Below, piece by piece: positions 13,417-27,712 of a stretch of DNA of 64,000 nt. Source of the stretch: Eledone cirrhosa. Lineage: Eukaryota. The DNA lies in NCBI GenBank assembly GCA_964016885.1, contig OZ024747.1:79360001-79424000 (forward strand). The letters run 5' to 3'. The translations under genes and the position numbers were made by a program. Under the pieces are notes generated by a model, which did no database searches, had not been told where the DNA came from, and saw only the letters and a program-made list of their open reading frames with translations. How positions within the stretch are numbered: position 1 is the first letter of the stretch; every line of letters begins with the position of its first letter.

Positions 13417-13922
13417 TTACTTTCACCAGTAATATACTCCAATTCAACAGATTGACAATAAACGGTTTGTTGTTGTTGTTGGTGCTGTTGTTTCTTTCAT
13501 TCTAAGTGGAATTTTGGCTTTATTTTTATATTTTGTCTTTCCAAAAGCAATTACAGGTGAATTACGAGTCTTATTACTAAAGAAGAAAGAAAACATTTTT
13601 CAGAATAAGTCGGCCCCTAAATTTTAGATCCTATAATTTAAAAGAAAAAAAAGTATAAATAATAACAAAAAAAGAAAAAAAAAAGAAAAAAGAAAACGGA
13701 AAAATAAAATAAAAATACACGAATTGAATGAGAGAGAAGGAGAGAGGAAGAGAGAAAGAGAGAAAGAGAATGAGAGAGGAAAAGAGAATGAGAGAAGAAG
13801 AGAGAAAGAAATAAAGAGAGAGAGAGAGAGAGAAAGAAAGAAAGAAAGAAAGAAAGAGAATGAGAGAGAAATGGAGAAAGAGAGAAAGAGAATGAGAGAG
13901 GAAGAGAGGAAAAGAGAAAGAG

Positions 13923-13957
<35 letters not shown>

Positions 13958-13961
13958 AAAA

Positions 13962-13995
<34 letters not shown>

Positions 13996-14513
13996 AAGAG
14001 TGAAAGAGAGTTATTACGACACGCAGGTGTTATTTTATAAGGTGCAACCTTAAGTAAATTCACGATTACTCACCCCACAGCTCTGGCTCTAAACCCTCAT
14101 TTTTATATGCTGATGAATTGCAAACCCATTATTTTAGGAAAGATGATGATGATAATATTGTTATATTTAGGGGGAAGGTCATGTTGTCCTAATATTGCCC
14201 CAAAATAGTAAAACAAACTCATTGTTTGTTTTTGTTTTCGTTTCAGTTTCAGTATATATATATTTTTTTTTATATTTCCATAAATAATTTAGCTGGCAAT
14301 CAATGTTTATCATTGATTGACCAACAGTTAAGAATATAAATATAAATATAAATATAATTTCTCAAAATTCTTTCGACACATTTCTGTGACAACTTCAGTG
14401 ATTATCTCTGTGTTTCCTCCCGTTGTGTTACTAAAACGTTACAGCAACGGGGCCATGCCAGGATCGTACCTTCCTGGCATGGCTCCGTTTTAGTAACTGG
14501 GCTTAATAATTAC

Positions 14514-14581
<68 letters not shown>

Positions 14582-15238
14582 AAGAGAGGGAGAGAGGGGG
14601 GAGATAGAGAGAGAGAGAGAGAGACCCATTATATGTGTGTATTTAGCTCCTCTAAAGTAATTTCAATCAAGAACAACACCAAAACCCAAAAGACAAGAAG
14701 AAGAAGAAGAAGAAGAAGAAGAAGAAGAAGAAGAAGAAGAAGAAGAAGAAGAAGAAGAAGAAGAAGAAGATACAACAGCAACAAACACATGGACGACAAC
14801 AACAACAGCTACAAGAACAACACCAATATGAAATAAGCAACAGTAATAAAAGAGTCGTAATGTTTCTTCTAGTTAAAGACCTATAGACTGAATAAAACGA
14901 CCAAGTCACGCAGAGATGTCAGAGGTGTTAGCGAGCATATGAAAACGAGGTTATGAAATATGACTGAGCAGACGATCACTTGGGATTCTTTCCTTTCCTT
15001 CTTTTTCTTTATTTTCTTCTACTTCTCTTTCAACGGGATTCTATTTGTTTTTCGTTCTGTTGGTTTATTATTGTTTTTTTGTGTGTAAAGGCGCCAGACA
15101 AAATGCCTCGATCATTAAATTATTTTTAAATTTTCTTTACTGGTTTCAGTCATTAGACTGCGGTCATGTTGGAGCACTTCTTTGACAGGATTTCAGTTGA
15201 ATTTATCGAATACAGTACTTCTTTTTCACTTATTTTTT

Positions 15239-15316
15239 ATTACCCACTCTACTACCCTAAGTATCGAGTACTCTGGTGCGTTATGTTCTACCTGGTTCCT
15301 TACCACACTTCCTTCG

Positions 15317-15318
<2 letters not shown>
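15239..15318 (+). mobile_element. Family B element, 3' segment only
   Basis: ATTACCCACTCTACTACCCTAAG...CCTTCGTTA followed by (TA)n. Confidence 0.88.
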
Positions 15319-15349
<31 letters not shown>

Positions 15350-15395
15350 GAAATGACAGGAGGCTGGATTTGTGTAAATCCTTGAAAGGTTTATT

Positions 15396-15453
15396 ATACT
15401 ATGATCATTTCAATGACCGGGTTCCGTATGAATCCGGTGATATCATCAGGTAT
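15396..15453 (-). ncRNA. Type-I HHR
   Basis: Minus strand: ATAC-CTGATGA-TATCACCGGATTC ATACG GAACCCGGTCATT-GAAA-TGATCA-TA-GTAT; stem III palindrome AUGAUCAU, AUA site. Confidence 0.72.
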
Positions 15454-16274
15454 TCGAAATATAATACGTGAATGTAATAGGTAAAATCCATGGGGCTGAA
15501 AATCGAGACCCGAGGGCGACCGCTATTCTGTTCCTTCAACCTCAGCCGGTCGCCCTGGAGTGACGTGGCTAAATTTTATAGTATGCTACTACCGGTCAGA
15601 TGAACGAAAACAGAAAGGGATGGGAGCATAAGTTAACGTCGATCCCATGACACAAGGTAAAAGAAAGAAAGAAAGGAAGGAGAGAGAAGAAGGGGGAAGA
15701 AAGAAGTAGAGAAGCCAGGGTTAATGTCAGCTAAAAGAGGAAGGCAACTACTACTGGTCAGATATAGGCAAGCAAGAGGGGGAAGGAAGATAAGTCTGCG
15801 GGAGGAAGACAGGAGGAGGGGAGAAGAGAAGGAAGGGAAGAGAGAAGTAGAAAAGTAAGGGTTGATGGCTACAAGAAGGAAGATAGAAAGAAAGAGGAAG
15901 AAAGGTCGATATTAATGTCAGACCACAGTCAAGCCAGGAGTGGCGCGAGAGAATTTTCACAGGGACCCGCATCTTAGCAGAGGTGAATATATTGGGAGTC
16001 AGTGTGTTACAGTGTTTAGACTTCTAGGATGAAGTTAAAAAAATTAATAATCAATATTCAGTATTAAAGAGGTTAGAAAATTTAAAGTTCAACAGTTTAA
16101 CATTTAATTATATAATAGTTCCGATTTGTTCTGTAATTTAAAGGTACTATGTGGCGGTTAAAACACCGGCCGCGCCCCGGGCCCCATGGCGAATTAAACC
16201 ACGCCGAGTATTTTCATTTACTGAAAGAAGGGGAAATTTATTTTTCCAAGCACTCCAGGTGAGCTCGTTCGCTC

Positions 16275-16330
<56 letters not shown>

Positions 16331-16341
16331 ATATATATATG

Positions 16342-16750
<409 letters not shown>

Positions 16751-16753
<3 letters not shown>

Positions 16754-17110
16754 CCTCTAAAATTGGTGCAGATGGTAAGATTTCTTGTCTTGGGTCTTGG
16801 CATTATTCCTGATGTCCCCCTCTTCTCATGTCTGTGACCTTTAAAAGTTTCAATGCGGAATCCCCTTAGAAGCTTGTGAACCTTGGGTAGTTTTCATAGA
16901 TCTATAGTTAAACTGTCAGGCCCAGAAGCTTTGCCTGGTTTCATTACCTTTAGAGCAATATCCACTTCTTCAACAGAGAAGTCAGCGATGTTTATCTCTG
17001 GATGGATTTCAAATATTGGGTTTATTTCTACATCTAGACCTCAAGGACTGTCTGCTGATAAGAGTTTGTAAAAGTGCTCCTCCAAAGTTGCCAGGCGATC
17101 TTCCACTTCA
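16751..17110 (-). pseudogene. LINE (RTE-like) ORF2 fragment at the RT N-terminus
   Basis: Own translation: IADFSVEEVDIALKVMKPGKASGPDSLTIDL*KLPK...GIMPRPKTRNLTICTNFRGI, matching the KAPGPDG and NYRGI motifs; in-frame stops. Confidence 0.85.
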
Positions 17111-17874
17111 ATGTATACCACCCTCTTCCTTTAACCAGAAAGTTCCGTCGAGGTCAACCATTGCATTTGATACTTCTGAGTTCACCAAAATAAATACCAG
17201 TAATGCATTCGTGTTGATTAAATTGCCGAAATTTATGGCCTTGCACCTAAGTTAGAAATCAATTATATTCATTTATATTTTATTTATGGTTTTAAATTTT
17301 TTGTTTGTTTTCTGTTATCATTTGTATTATTTATTGTATTCGCGTATCGTCAGGGAATCGAACTCACTACCTTACTATCGTGGCCAGGACACCCTAACCA
17401 ATACCTTCACAATTTCCATTTACACACTTCCTGAAGTAAAAAGTAGTTTAACACGACAACACCACAAGACAACAAACTACCCCATTATTTTTAGTGCTCC
17501 CAACAACATACAATGATGAACTGTACCTACTTTGCAGTTGACCCATTGATGGATACCTTTGGTCGCGAAAAGTCAAGTAATTGGCTGCATTTATCACACT
17601 AGTGCATGGGACAAATATACATTTATTGCAAGTTATTTATATTTGTATTTAAGGCTTCTTGTTTATGTAATCGTAGTTGTTTTAATTTTAGCTTATTTCT
17701 AGTATTTTACTGCTTTGCTGTTGGCAATAAAATTTAACGTAATGTCGCAGAAAGTCTATATAACGCGGACATTAAACTAGAAACTGGTCTGCTTAATGGC
17801 GTTAACTGTTAAAGCTTATTCTGAGAGTTATGGGTTGTGTAGGCTGTACTTTGAAGGTGTATTGAAGAGATAGA

Positions 17875-17943
<69 letters not shown>

Positions 17944-18277
17944 TATGGAAGAATGAGAGAGGGTAGAGAGAGAGAAAACGAGGAAGAGAGAGAAGAGAGA
18001 GAAGAGAGGGTACAACAGATAAACAGAGGATACATACACATATACACACACATATATACACACACACACATATATATACATACACACATATGCACATACA
18101 CACATACACACATAGACACACACACACACATGTACACATACACACACACACGTATACATATACATACATACATACATATATACATGAATGAGAAAGAGCG
18201 AAAGAAACTGAGAAAGTGACGGTGACTTAGTGAAATAGAAAAAATGGTGGGGCGAAATATATTGACAAAGAGTGGAG

Positions 18278-18355
<78 letters not shown>

Positions 18356-18430
18356 CGTGTGTGTGCATTTGCATGTAAATTTGTGTGTGTGCAATACAGT
18401 GTAGACTTAAGGTAGGACACAATGAGCAGT

Positions 18431-18710
18431 TGCTTGTAGAGGAGGGGAGGGCACCCGATCTAAGGACCCTGCTTGTAGAGGAGAGGAGAGGAGGGCACCC
18501 AATCTAAGGACCCTGCTTGTAGAGGAGAGGAGAGGAGGGCACCCGATCTAAGGACCCTGCTTGTAGAGGAGAGGAGGGCACCCGATCTAAGGACCCTGCT
18601 TGTAGAGGAGAGGAGGGCACACGATCTAAGGAACCTGTTTGTAGAGGAGGGGAGGGCACCAGATCTAAGGACCGTGATTGTAGAGGAGAGAAGGGCACCC
18701 GATCTGAGGG
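18431..18710. repeat. About 39-bp minisatellite GCTTGTAGAGGAGAGGAGGGCACCCGATCTAAGGACCCT (about 7 copies)
   Basis: Tandem periodicity. Confidence 0.93.
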
Positions 18711-18787
18711 CCCACTGCTAATTTATGTGTGCCAAGTTTTATACGCAAAAACCATATAAGCTTTAGCCTATTCCTGTCTCAGTAACG

Positions 18788-18848
18788 AGTAAGTAAATGT
18801 CACTGATGATGGATAAACATCCAGAAACAGCTGTCTGGCATTCTTACT
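18788..18848 (+). ncRNA. Canonical minimal type-I HHR
   Basis: AATGTCA-CTGATGA(18803-09)-TGGAT AAAC ATCCA-GAAA-CAGCTG-TC(18835)-TGGCATT; stem I extends via AGTAAG/CTTACT. Confidence 0.88.
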
Positions 18849-18884
18849 GTCGAAAAGGTTCGAGCTCAACCGTAGGGCAGTAAA

Positions 18885-19101
18885 TAATAATAATAATAAT
18901 TTCTAGGCCAATAATTTTGGAGGAGGGCAAAGTCGATAAAATCGACCCCAGTGCATTACTGGTGCTTTATTTATCCACCCCGTAAGGATGAAAGGCAAAG
19001 TTAACCGCGGCAGTATTTGAACTCAGACCGTAAAGAGCCGTAACCCTATGCCACAAAGCATGGTGTCCGACGCTCTACCGATATTGCCAATCTTCCACCC
19101 T
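18885..19101 (-). mobile_element. SINE family A, long variant with (TAA)n tail
   Basis: Reverse-complement A-box TGGCAATATCGG and B-box GAGTTCAAATAC; shared body. Confidence 0.85.
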
Positions 19102-19168
19102 AGATATTACTACTACTAATAATATATACATATAGACATGCATACACATATGCATATATATATGTGTG

Positions 19169-19214
<46 letters not shown>

Positions 19215-19368
19215 GCATGTACATATGCATGTGTGTGTTTGTCAATACTCCATAAAACTACAACAAAAAAGGTATGACGCTAATATCTGATAACGATAGT
19301 GATGGTTAGTGATGGCTTGTGATGCCTATAGTGGTAGTAATGTTAGTTATGGTTATGATGCTGCTGTG

Positions 19369-19402
<34 letters not shown>

Positions 19403-19460
19403 ATGGTGATTATGATTATGCTGATACTATTGTTGCTGGTTTTAGCGGAGGAAACCATTT

Positions 19461-19499
<39 letters not shown>

Positions 19500-20235
19500 G
19501 AGGGTCAGGCAAGGTGACGTGTCAGGGACCTGGCATGTGTCGATAGAGCTTTCTGGCACATGTTGTCCAAATCTTTCTTCCTCTACTCCCACTCCCACAT
19601 GTTGACAAATCTCCCCCACCCCATCCCACCCCACCCCACTCACACTATCCCCACACTATCCCCACACTATCCCCACTCCAGCTACGGCAGATTGGTCAGT
19701 GTCAATACTGTTAACTACTTGGATTAGAGAAACAAACTTGACAACTTTGTTTACAATATCAGAGGGGGGAAAAAAGAAGAAGAAAAGGGAGTGTATGTAT
19801 GTGTGTGTGTGTGTGGGGGGGGGGGGGGTTCTACACTCTTGGCTGGACAATATATCTCAGTTGTGTTCCATAAGATGGTGAAAGTATTGCCGTAGGGGAA
19901 CAGTCAGCGAAACCAACTGCACCAGCCATTCCACCTCATATAGCGCCTTCCTCGTTTTCACAGTAATCTCAAGAAAATCTCAAGAAAAACCCGGAGTCTG
20001 AGGGCCAGCGGAGGTCTCAACAGTGACCAGCTTAAAAAAAAACATAGTCGGTCAAGGTCTGGGAATTTAACCATCTTCTGCCCCTTTGTGGAAGTCTGAG
20101 AAACGAGGAGACTGGAGGTTTTGATGGTTGTAGTGTTGGTGGTAGCAGACGTAGCGGTGGGGTGGGGGAAGATTGTTGTAGGAAGGAAAGGAGGAAGGAT
20201 GGAAGGAAGGAAAGAAGGAAGGAAGGAAGGAAGGT

Positions 20236-20271
<36 letters not shown>

Positions 20272-21065
20272 AGAAGAAGAAGAAGAAGAAGAAGAAGAAG
20301 AAGAAGAAGAAGAAGAAGAAGAAGAAGAAGAAGAAGAAGAAGAAGAAGAAGAAGAAGAAGAAGAAGAAGAAGAAGAAGAAGACAAGGAAGAAAAATGAGG
20401 CGAAATAAATGGAACAAAATGGCGAATGAGGCGAAAGCAAAAGAAAGTAAGACAGGAAGAAAGGTGGAGGAAAAGAAACTGGTGTGAACAATTTTGTCAA
20501 AGAATCAGATCAACAATGGGGCCTCCAAATATCGCTAAGACATTTTGGGGCTCGGGTTTCTTAACTACCGACCCTTGCTAACCACCATCTTTTGGGTATA
20601 GTGGTGGTGATGGTGGTGATGGTGGTGGTGGTGGCTAGTGATGGTGGTGGTGGTGGTTGTGGTGATGGTGGTAGTGGTGGTGGTGGTTAGTGGTGGTGGT
20701 GGTAGTGGTAGTGGTGTGTCAGTGGTGGTGGTGTGTCAGTGGTGGTGGTGGTGGTTGTGATGAGGTGGTGGGGTGGGGTTTTTTGGTGGTGGTAGCGGTG
20801 GTGGTGGTGTGAGGCTATCTAAATAAGGAGACCCTAATTATGATATCGCGGTTGATCTGTCAAACAAAAGACCGTGGAAGTAAGATGGCGGCGGTGTGGG
20901 TAGTGGTGGTGGCGGTGGTGGTGGTAGTGGTGGTGGTGATGGTGGTGGTGTTGTTGGTGGTGGTGATGGGGGAAGGGGACAGCTTTTGTTCTTGTTTGAC
21001 ACAGTACACACACATACACACACATACATGTACATACAGATATATGTACGTAAACACACATATCA

Positions 21066-21273
<208 letters not shown>

Positions 21274-21376
21274 ATGTGTGTGTGTGTGCGTGTGTGTATG
21301 TGCGTGTGTGTATGAAGATGTGTACCACATATACGCACAAACATTCGTTTATATATATATATATATATATATATAA

Positions 21377-21447
<71 letters not shown>

Positions 21448-22427
21448 GGCACAAATAGCAGATACGGGCATTCTAAAACTTTTGTTATATACAAACGTAC
21501 AGACAAATGAAAAACAAACACTAAGCACTCGACACGACCCCTCCAACTCCTCATTTACACTCTCACTCACGCTATGTATCCGCCCCACACTCTCACATAT
21601 ACACACGCACTCTCATACATATACACACACACTCTCACACATACACACACTCTGACACATACACACACACACACTCTCACACATATACACACACTCTGAC
21701 ACATACACACACACACACTCTCACACATATACACACACTCTGACATACACACACACTCTCATACATACACACACTCTCACATATACACACACACTCTCAC
21801 ATATACACACATACTCTGACATACACACACACACACTCACATATACACACACACACTCTCTCACATATATACACGCACTCTCGCATACACACACACTCTC
21901 ACACATACACACACACTCTCACATATACACACACACTCTCACATATACACACATACTCTGACATACACACACACACACACACACTCACATATACACACAC
22001 ACTATGACACACACACGCACACACATTCTCACATATATACACACACTCTCACATACACACACACACGTACACACTCAATTAACCTCAGAAAAACAAACAC
22101 ATTTCGCGCTCCTTATACAATCGTTAGAGAGAAGACGGTTGGTTGGCCGAGGCGTGGCCTAATCATACCCGTCTGGCCATGACCACCCACCCTCGGACAT
22201 GTCAGTCGACCCGAGGTGTTGGAAAGAGATGTTGACACAAGCTTAACAAAAGGCCGCTCATTGAGTTGTAGGTACGTCTCATGTAACCATGTGAGTGAGA
22301 CTAATTGAGCAACGAAAAACATGCGAACGTGTGTCCTTCTCTGTATATGTGCGTGTATGTGTGTAAGTGTGTATATATATGTGTGTGTGCACGCGCCTGT
22401 ATATGTATGAATCTATCTATCTATTTC

Positions 22428-22490
<63 letters not shown>

Positions 22491-22656
22491 GTAGGAGGTG
22501 AGTTTTATTGTAGTACAATGAAGCAATGCAGATATCGGATAAGAAGCACTCTACAGTTTGTAGGACTGGAGTATACATAATATATAAGATCAAAAGATGG
22601 TTAAAGGAGTTCCATGTATTTTATTATGCGCATTTCAAAAACAAACATCATCATGC

Positions 22657-22850
22657 AATAATTGTTTCTACTTTTGGCACAAGGCCAGCAAATATCCAGT
22701 ACATTACTGGTACTTTATTTTATCGACCCCGTAAGGATGAAAGGCAAAGTTAACCTCGGCGGGATTTGAACTCAGACTGTAAAGGGACGTAACTATGCTA
22801 GAAAGCATGGCGTCCGACCCTCTACCGATACTGCCAATCCACCGCCCTCC
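22657..22850 (-). mobile_element. SINE family A with 19-bp TSD AACATCATCATGCAATAAT
   Basis: TSD at 22644-22662 and 22851-22869; the empty site is present in the opposite arm. Confidence 0.95.
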
Positions 22851-23126
22851 AACATCATCATGCAATAATATTTGTGTTTTCATCAGATAAAACAGGAGAA
22901 CATGATATGAAGGCTAAAAAACACTTGTGGATAGTGCAGTTTTAAATCAACATATGAAAAGTAGTTTTAGATTGATGTGTGATATTGGGAAAAATATTTT
23001 ATTTAGAGCCCTCTCTAAATAAAATATTTTTCCCAATATCACACATCAATCTAAAACTACTTTTCATATGTTGATTTAAAACTGCACTATCCACAAGTGT
23101 TTTTTAGCCTTCATATCATGTTCTCC

Positions 23127-23197
23127 TGTTTTATCTGATGAAAACACAAATATTATTGCATGATGATGTTTGTTTTTGAAATGCGCATAATAAAATA
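23127..23197 (+). ncRNA. Type-I HHR with 16-bp stem II
   Basis: TGTTTTAT-CTGATGA-[AAACACAAATATTATT GCAT GATGATGTTTGTTTTT]-GAAA-TGCGCA-TA-ATAAAATA. Confidence 0.8.
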
Positions 23198-23227
23198 CAT
23201 GGAACTCCTTTAACCATCTTTTGATCT

Positions 23228-23288
<61 letters not shown>

Positions 23289-23339
23289 CATATACATAAT
23301 ATACAACCATATACATATATAAATATATATATATATATA

Positions 23340-23400
<61 letters not shown>

Positions 23401-23434
23401 TTAACATTTATATGTAATTTTGAATTTAAAAAGC

Positions 23435-23623
23435 AAATTCCGTTTCCGCCCTGCCCCGTCTCCTAAATCTTTCAATTTCCTCTTTAATTTCTCATTATAA
23501 TTTCTGATGAAGGACTAGCGTCCGAAACATTAAGACTCTTTTCCTACTATATCAAGCATAAAACTAATAATATATTTCTTCATTGTACTGTGTCGTTTGC
23601 TTTGTTATTTCCGTTTGCCTTTT
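23435..23623 (+). mobile_element. HHR-bearing element, copy 1 (core 23504-23535, GAAACATT variant)
   Basis: Similar over about 180 bp to 36420-36590; CTGATGA-A-GGAC TAGC GTCC-GAAAC. Confidence 0.75.
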
Positions 23624-23711
23624 GCAAGGAAGAGAACGTTTAAATTTAAGACAATTTAAAATCTCGATTTAAAACTCCATTTGCACCCCATAAGGAATGG
23701 AATGGACCTCC

Positions 23712-24090
23712 GCCTGCTCATGAAATTAACTTGTAAGTGGTTAATCTTTCCACAGACATGTATTCCCTTAGCAAGCATAATTCAGTCTTAAATTCATCGT
23801 AACATTCTGTATGACAAAGCTTTCCCTTCAAAATTACAGGTACAATTCCAGTTTTGCTAGCTGAGTGAACCGTACATCGAGATGAAGGAGAGCTGTCTTT
23901 CGGACATCAATAGATAGACTTCCCTCGGTTTCGACAATAAATGCCTCAATTGTTTCGATGAACAGAACAGCCTGTTCGTGAAATTAACGTGAATGTAGGT
24001 GAATATTCCACAGACACGTGTATTCTTAAAGTAATTCTCTGTTAGACTCAGCATGACACGGTGTGTGACAAAGCTAACCCTTTGAATTAA
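23712..24090 (-). mobile_element. Two tandem SINE family C 3' fragments
   Basis: TGAAATTAAC.TG...TTCCACAGACA.GTGTATTC...TGACAAAGCT occurs twice and matches 13195-13300. Confidence 0.7.
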
Positions 24091-24315
24091 AGCCCCCCCC
24101 CCCCCTCCCAACAGGCTTCGAAAAAGTTTCGGTCTTACCGTCTACTTAATTTCATTCACTTAATTGCTCTAGAAACACAGTATGTCAATACGGCGTCCCT
24201 GCGACTCTCTCAAGAGTTAAGAGACCATTCATACATCTAATTTCACTCACATACCTGAGGATATGGTACATAACACTTATCTAAGATGCCATGTAGTGGA
24301 ATCGAACTAGGGACA

Positions 24316-24508
24316 TAATTGTTTCTACTTTAGGCACAAGGCCAGCAATTATCCCAGTGCATTACTGGTACTTTATTTTATCGACCCCGTAAGGATGAAA
24401 GGCAAAGCTAACCTCGGTGGGATTTGAACTCAGATCGTAAAGGGACGTAACTATGCTGGAAAGCATGGCGTCCGACCCTCTACCGATACTGCCAATCCAC
24501 CGCCCTAT
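24316..24508 (-). mobile_element. SINE family A
   Basis: Near-identical to 8240-8434. Confidence 0.93.
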
Positions 24509-25221
24509 CATGGCGTCCGACCCTCTACCGATACTGCCAATTCACCGCCCTAGCATGGCGTCCGGCCCTCTACCGATACTGCCAATCCACCGCCCTATCA
24601 TGGCGTCCAACTCTCTACCGATACTGCCAACCCACCGCCCTATCATGGCGTCCGACCCTCTACCGATACTGCCAATCCACCGCCCTATCATGGCGTCCGA
24701 CCCTCTACCGATACTGCCAACCCACCGCCCTATCATGGCGTCCGACCCTCTACCGATACTGCCAACCCACCGCCCTATCATGGCGTCCGACCCTCTACCG
24801 ATACTGCCAATCCACCGCCCTATCATGGCGTCCGACCCTCTACCGATACTGCCAACCCACCGCCCTATCATGGCGTCCGACCCTCTACCGATACTGCCAA
24901 TCCACCGCCCTATCATGGCGTCCGACCCTCTACCGATACTGCCAATCCACCGCCCTATCATGGCGTCCAACTCTCTACCGATACTGCCAACCCACCGCCC
25001 TATCATGGCGTCCGACCCTCTACCGATACTGCCAATCCACCGCCCTATCATGGCGTCCAACTCTCTACCGATACTGCCAACCCACCGCCCTATCATGGCG
25101 TCCGACCCTCTACCGATACTGCCAATCCACCGCCCTATCATGGCGTCCGACCCTCTACCGATACTGCCAACCCACCGCCCTATCATGGCGTCCGACCCTC
25201 TACCGATACTGCCAATCCACC
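24464..25221 (-). repeat. 45-bp minisatellite built from the SINE 5' end (about 17 copies)
   Basis: Unit CATGGCGTCCGACCCTCTACCGATACTGCCAATCCACCGCCCTAT equals the A-box-containing head of the adjoining SINE. Confidence 0.95.
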
Positions 25222-26243
25222 AGGGACATAATGATTGCTAACCAAACTCCGAGACCATTTCACCTTGCTGCGTCTACCAACAAAATATCGTCTGTGTAAT
25301 AATTGGTTCTCATTTTAAATACACTAGTTTATTTGCTGATCGTAAGTTCAATCCCTGCGTTAGTGTATGTATGTATCTGTGTATGTATGTATCTGTGTAT
25401 GTATGTATATATGTATGTATGTGTGTGTGTGTATGTAGGTAGGTATGTATATATGTATGTATGTATGTGTGTGTGTGTGTAGGTAGCTAGTTAGGTAGCT
25501 ATGTGTGGTGTGTGTAAGTAGGTAGGCAGATATGTGTATGTGAATGTGTATGTATGTATGTGTGTATGTATGTATGTATGTATGTATGTATGTATGTATG
25601 TATGTATGTATGTGTGTGTATGTATGTATGTATGTGTGTGTGTGTGTATGTGAATGTGTATGTATGTACACACACACACTTTTCACGTCTTTATATATAT
25701 ACTCCTCTCACTCTTCCTCTCTGTTTCTCTCTCTCCCTCCCTCCCTCTTTATCTCTCTCTTTCTCCCTTTTTCTCTCTCGCCCTCTCCCCCTCTCTCTCT
25801 CATATCTTTGGGTCATAAAATCGTTCTTCAAAAGAACAATCGCTATAACTTACTACAGCAGTTGTAGAAACAAGGAATGAGTGATGAGGTGAGGGGGTGG
25901 GGAGGCAACAGAGGTTCAACCATAACAACAACAGCAACAACAACAGTGGTGACAACAACAGCAACAACAACAGTGGGGACAACAACAGCAACAACAACAG
26001 TGGGGACAACAACAGCAACAACAACAGTGGGGACAACAACAGCAACAACAACAGTGCGGACAACAACAGCAACAACAACGACAGCAACCACAACAGCAAC
26101 AACAACAACAGTAACAACAACAACAACGGCAATAACATCAAGAGTAACAGCAACAAGAACAACAGCAACAACAATAACACTGTGTGTATGTATTCTGTAG
26201 GTATATATGTATATATATATATATATATTATATATTTTTATAT

Positions 26244-26275
<32 letters not shown>

Positions 26276-26276
26276 A

Positions 26277-26437
<161 letters not shown>

Positions 26438-26560
26438 ATGTGTGTATATATATATATATATGTATGTAAGTATATACACCCGAATATAATGTATTGGTTG
26501 AAGACTGCACGTAATCACCTTTGAAGAAACAGGAACCAACAGAGAAGCTGATATATGGAG

Positions 26561-27586
26561 GGCAGTGGTAGATATTGAGGCAGTGGTAGATACTGAGGCA
26601 GTGGTAGATATTGAGGCAGTGGTAGATACTGAGGCAGTGGTAGATACTGAGGCAGTGGTAGATATTGAGGCAGTGGTAGATACTGAGGCAGTGGTAGATA
26701 CTGAGGCAGTGGTAGATACTGAGGCAGTGGTAGATATTGAGGCAGTGGTAGATACTGAGGCAGTGGTAGATATTGAGGCAGTGGTAGATACTGAGGCAGT
26801 GGTAGATACTGAGGCAGTGGTAGATACTGAGGCAGTGGTAGATACTGAGGCAGTGGTAGATATTGAGGCAGTGGTAGATATTGAGGCAGTGGTAGATATT
26901 GATGCAGTGGTAGATACTGAGGCAGTGGTAGATATTGAGGCAGTGGTAGATATTGAGGCAGTGGTAGATACTGAGGCAGTGGTAGATACTGAGGCAGTGG
27001 TAGATACTGAGGCAGTGGTAGATACTGAGGCAGTGGTAGATATTGAGGCAGTGGTAGATATTGAGGCAGTGGTAGATATTGAGGCAGTGGTAGATATTGA
27101 GGCAGTGGTAGATACTGAGGCAGTGGTAGATACTGAGGCAGTGGTAGATACTGAGGCAGTGGTAGATACTGAGCCAGTGGTAGATACTGAGGCAGTGGTA
27201 GATATTGAGGCAGTGGTAGATATTGAGGCAGTGGTAGATATTGAGGCAGTGGTAGATATTGAGGCAGTGGTAGATACTGAGGCAGTGGTAGATACTGAGG
27301 CAGTGGTAGATACTGAGGCAGTGGTAGATACTGAGGCAGTGGTAGATACTGAGGCAGTGGTAGATACTGAGGCAGTGGTAGATATTGAGGCAGTGGTAGA
27401 TATTGAGGCAGTGGTAGATATTGAGGCAGTGGTAGATATTGAGGCAGTGGTAGATACTGAGGCAGTGGTAGATACTGAGGCAGTGGTAGATATTGAGGCA
27501 GTGGTAGATATTGAGGCAGTGGTAGATATTGAGGCAGTGGTAGATATTGAGGCAGTGGTAGATATTGAGGCAGTGGTAGATATTGA
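26561..27586. repeat. 18-bp minisatellite GAGGCAGTGGTAGATA(C/T)T (about 57 copies)
   Basis: Tandem periodicity. Confidence 0.97.
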
Positions 27587-27712
27587 CAATTGTTCTCCAT
27601 ATCCTTTGAAGATGATCGTAATATTACCAAATCTGACAGGTTTTTAGAACCTTCTTCCATCTCTCCTCTTAACCTCCTCTGCCATTCTTACGATGATAGA
27701 TGGAGGTATTAG

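Larger units (their letters stand above)
22577..23237. mobile_element. Long fold-back element (225-bp arm, 4-nt spacer at 23009-12) with a SINE in the left arm
   Basis: 23013-23237 is the reverse complement of the left arm once 22663-22869 is removed. Confidence 0.95.

Noticed and set aside
24453-25241. CRISPR-like or repeat-protein reading of the 45-bp array (also 26561 and 51079)
   Set aside because: Head-to-tail units without unique spacers, no cas genes, eukaryotic context; the 45-bp unit is SINE-derived.
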